This document shows positions 60,601 to 64,000 of a stretch of DNA of 64,000 nt, one piece after another. The notes under the pieces are model-generated. The model did not search any database, was not told the origin of the DNA, and saw only the letters and a list, made by a program, of their open reading frames with translations. A program made the translations under genes and the position numbers. This stretch comes from Argopecten irradians (taxonomy: Eukaryota). Positions within the stretch are counted from its first letter, which is position 1, and each line of letters begins with the position of its first letter. The stretch lies in contig NC_091134.1 in NCBI RefSeq assembly GCF_041381155.1, positions 61,118,902 to 61,182,901 on the forward strand. The letters are read 5' to 3'.

Positions 60601-63600
60601 TATATATGTGTTTTACCTGTCTTGCCAGTAATATAGATGTTATGTTACCTTGTCATGTATGACCACTGACAGTATAAAGATGTTACCCCACTCCCCAGTA
60701 TATAGATGTTACCCCCACCTTTGTCAAGTATATAGGTAACATAATGACTTCCCAGTATATAGGTGTTACCTCACTCCCCTTGTAAAGTATGAGTTACTAA
60801 ACTCCCCAGTATATAGATGTTATGTGACCAACTCCCACAGTATGACACCCCACTCCCCAGTATATAGATGTTATGTGACCTTGTCATATATGACATAACA
60901 ACTGGACTGGCCAGTATATAGATGTTACCCCACCTATGTCATGTATATGACACACCTCACTCCCCAGTATATAGATGTTGAGTGACATGTCAGGGGATGA
61001 CATACTGTATAGGGTAGAGGAGAAAAGGTGTTATGTGACTTGGGAAGTAGGAGAGATGGACCCCACTGGACAGTATATAGATGTTATGAAGACCTGTCAA
61101 GTATGACATATTGACTGGCCAGTTATAGGATGTTTATTGTACCTAGTCAAGTATTGACATACCTTTCTCACTGGCCAGTATATAGATGTTATGTGACACT
61201 GTCCAGTATATAGGAGCATACCCTGACTGGCCCCCAGTATATAGTTGTGTGGTGACCTTGTCAATGTTTGACATACTAACTGGCCATTATATAGATGTTA
61301 CCCCACTCCCTTGTCATGTATGACATACCCACTACCCCTGTAAATAGTTAGTTATGTGACCCCAGTATGTATGACATACCACCTGCCACTAGATGTTCTG
61401 TGATATAGGTGATGTTACCCCACTACCCAGTATATAGGTGTAAACCACACCATGTCATTGTATGACATATCTGACTGGCCTAGTAAATAGATGTTATGTG
61501 GACCCTTGTCAAGTATGACATACTGACTGGCAGTATATAGATGTTATGTGACCTTGTCAAGTATATAGATACTACTGACTGGCCCATTATTAGATGTTAT
61601 GTGACCTTGTAAAGTATGGACACACTGAGTGACGCTATATAGGATTGTTACACTGACCTAGCCAGTAATATGGCCGTATGTTATGTGACTTGTCATGTAT
61701 GATACATACTGACTTGCCAGTATAATAGATGTTATGTGACCTTGTATAAGGTATAACATACTGAGCTGGTCAGTATATAGATGTTTATGTGAGACCTCCC
61801 TGTCAAGTATGTTACCACTGACTTGGCCAGTATATAGATGTTATGTGTACCTTGTCAAGTGATTACTACTTGACTGGTCAGTTAAATATATGTTATGTGA
61901 ACCTTGTCAAGTATAGACATACTGAACTGGCCAGTATATAGAATGTTATAGTGACGTTTGTCAAGTTACATACGAACTGACCCCTGTATATAGATGTTAT
62001 GTGACCTTGTCAAGTATTAAAATACTGACTGGCCAGTATATAGATGTTATGGTGACCTGTCAAGTATGACAATACTGACTGGCCAGTATATAGATGTTAC
62101 CCTGTGACCTTGTCCTGTATATTGATCTTACTGAACAGGCCTGTATATATGTATGTTACCTTGTGAAGTATGACACACTGCCTGACATAAATAGATGTTA
62201 TTTGACCTTGTCAAGTATGATATGTGACTGACATATATAGAAATGTTTATGTGTCCCTTGTCAAGTATGGGACATACTGACTGGCCAGTATAATAGATTA
62301 AGGTTAGCTTGTCAAGTATTACATACAGACAAGCCATATATAGATTGTTATGTGACCTTGTATATAGATGTTACCTGACTTGCCAGTATAATAGGTGGTA
62401 TGTGACCACTTGTAATGTATGACATACGACTGACATATAGAGTATGTGACCTTGTCAAGTATTACATACTGACTGGCCATATATATAGATGTTTATGTGA
62501 CCTTGTCAAAGTATTACATACTGACAGGCCAGTATTATAGATGTTTATGTGACCTTGTCTAATGTTATAACACACAGACTAGGCCAGTATATAGATTGTT
62601 ATTTGACCTTGTCAGTGGTATTGACATAGCTGACTGACCAGTTAATATAGATGTTATGTTGACCTTGTCCATGTATGAGCACAATGACTGGCCAGTAAAT
62701 AGATGTTATGTGACTCTTGTCATGTATGACATGTTACTGACTGGCCAGATTATATAGACCTTGTCATGTATGACACACTTGACTGGCCGGTAATATGGGG
62801 ATGTTATGTGCCCTTCCCATGTACATGTATGACACACTGATCCCCCAGTATTATAGATGTTATGTGACCTTGTCATGTATGGACATACCCGCACTTCCCA
62901 GTATATAGATTGTTAAGTGACCGGATGTCAGTGTATAGACATTACATGAAACTGTGGCCAGTATATAGATTGTTATGTGACCGAGGTCATGTATGAAACA
63001 ACACTGACTGGCCAGTATATAGATAGACGTATGTGGACCGTGTCAAGCTATGAACATACTATACTAGGCCAGTATATAGAATGTTATGAGACCTTTGGTA
63101 ATGTATGACATACTGACTGGCCAGTATATAGATGTTATGTGACCTTGACATGTATTGCATACTGATGGCAGAATATAGATGTTTTGTGACCATGTCCAAG
63201 TATGAAATACTGATGGCCTGTATAAGATGTTATGTGACCTTGTCATGTAAGACATACTAACTGGCCAGTAAAATAGAATTGTTATTTGAACTTGTCATGT
63301 ATGCCATACTGACTGGCCAGTATATATGTTGTTATGGTGACCTTGTCATGTATGACTTACACTTGACTGGCCAGAATATAGAAGTTATGTTACCAAGTCA
63401 CATGTATGATATACTGAACTGGCCAGTAATTATACGATGTTATGTGACCTTGTTAATGTATGACATACTGATGGCCAATATATAGGATGTTCAAGTGACG
63501 CTTGTCCAAGTATGACATACTGGACTGGTCAGTATTATAAGATTTGTATGTGATCTTGTCATGTATTATGACACACTGACTGGTCATTATATAGATGTAA

Positions 63601-64000
63601 TGTGACCTTGTCAAGTATGACACAGCTGACACTGACCCAGTATATAGATGTTATGTGACCTTGTAAAGTATAACACACTGAACTGGCCAGTATATAGATG
63701 TTATGTGACCTTGTCATGTAGGACATACTGTGTTGGTCAGGTATATATATAGTTTTATGTGACCTAGTCATGTATGACACACACTGACCTGGTCAGTTTA
63801 TAGAATGTTTATGTGACCTTGGTAAAAGTATGACACACTGGACTGACCAGTATATGAATGTTATGTGACCTTGTCAAGTGATGGACATAACTGAACTGGC
63901 CAGTTATATAGATGTTTATGTGACCCTGTGTCCACGTATGATCACAATGACTGGCCACTATATAGATGTTAAGTGACCTTGTCAGTGTATGACACACTGA
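45688..64000 (+). repeat. 49-bp satellite (cagtatatagatgttatgtgaccttgtcaagtatgacatactgactggc), ~370 copies across at least 18.3 kb, filling the PARP4 intron after exon 18 and running off the window. It is highly homogeneous to ~57.2 kb and increasingly degenerate from there to the end.
   Basis: Period 49 was verified at several points. Variant classes (caag/catg, ggcc/ggtc, gtgatcc) are locally clustered. Beyond ~58.6 kb ccccactcccc-type derived units dominate. The MSYMTRSHNIYIL ORFs are artefacts. Confidence 0.95.

Noticed and set aside
53509-63997. Many small ORFs MSYMTRSHNIYILASQCVIHDKDHITSIYWPV... on both strands.
   Set aside because: Translations of the 49-bp satellite. Both strands are open only because the unit lacks stops.
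1-64000. CRISPR array interpretation of the many regular short direct repeats.
   Set aside because: Units are contiguous tandem repeats without unique spacers. The context is eukaryotic (spliced genes, GT-AG introns, polyA signal) and there are no cas-like ORFs.

Overview
This window is eukaryotic (metazoan) nuclear DNA. It is AT-rich, has spliced genes with GT-AG introns, and is crowded with satellites and non-autonomous transposons. The repeat architecture resembles what has been described in bivalve molluscs, but that is inference only. Two protein-coding genes lie on the + strand. (1) A CHMP1 (ESCRT-III, charged multivesicular body protein 1) ortholog: six coding exons between ~1660 and 5503, each aligning residue by residue to CHMP1A/B and fly Chmp1. 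Its start codon is probably split across an intron. (2) A PARP4 (vault poly-ADP-ribose polymerase) ortholog: at least 18 coding exons from the ATG at 19209 to 45638. In order they encode the BRCT domain, the PARP catalytic domain with intact H/Y/E positions, and the VIT domain. The gene runs off the 3' end of the window. Its introns are very large and almost entirely repeat-derived. Five rolling-circle-like (Helitron/Helentron-type, non-autonomous) elements are present. All share one palindromic hairpin head, a (GTCC)n spacer and a GGGCCC-palindrome tail, yet they carry two unrelated satellite families (157-bp and 147-bp monomers). One copy is nested inside another. A 51-bp satellite in PARP4 intron 13 is a tandem amplification of the last 24 nt of exon 13 plus its splice donor. 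Its unit is an open 17-codon repeat. It is interrupted by a 2.87-kb Tc1/mariner-like element with a TA duplication and 27-bp terminal inverted repeats. Other elements are a 0.95-kb hAT-like foldback with 8-bp duplication, a 2.7-kb long-TIR element, MITE copies, and a 35-bp and a 31-bp minisatellite. A 49-bp satellite of more than 18 kb fills 45.7-64 kb. It is homogeneous to ~57.2 kb and decays progressively beyond. A CpG-rich block with two perfect CRE palindromes and a TATA precedes a 122-bp near-perfect hairpin inside a CHMP1 intron. No rRNA, tRNA or CRISPR features were seen. Coordinates were read by eye and may be off by 1-2 nt.
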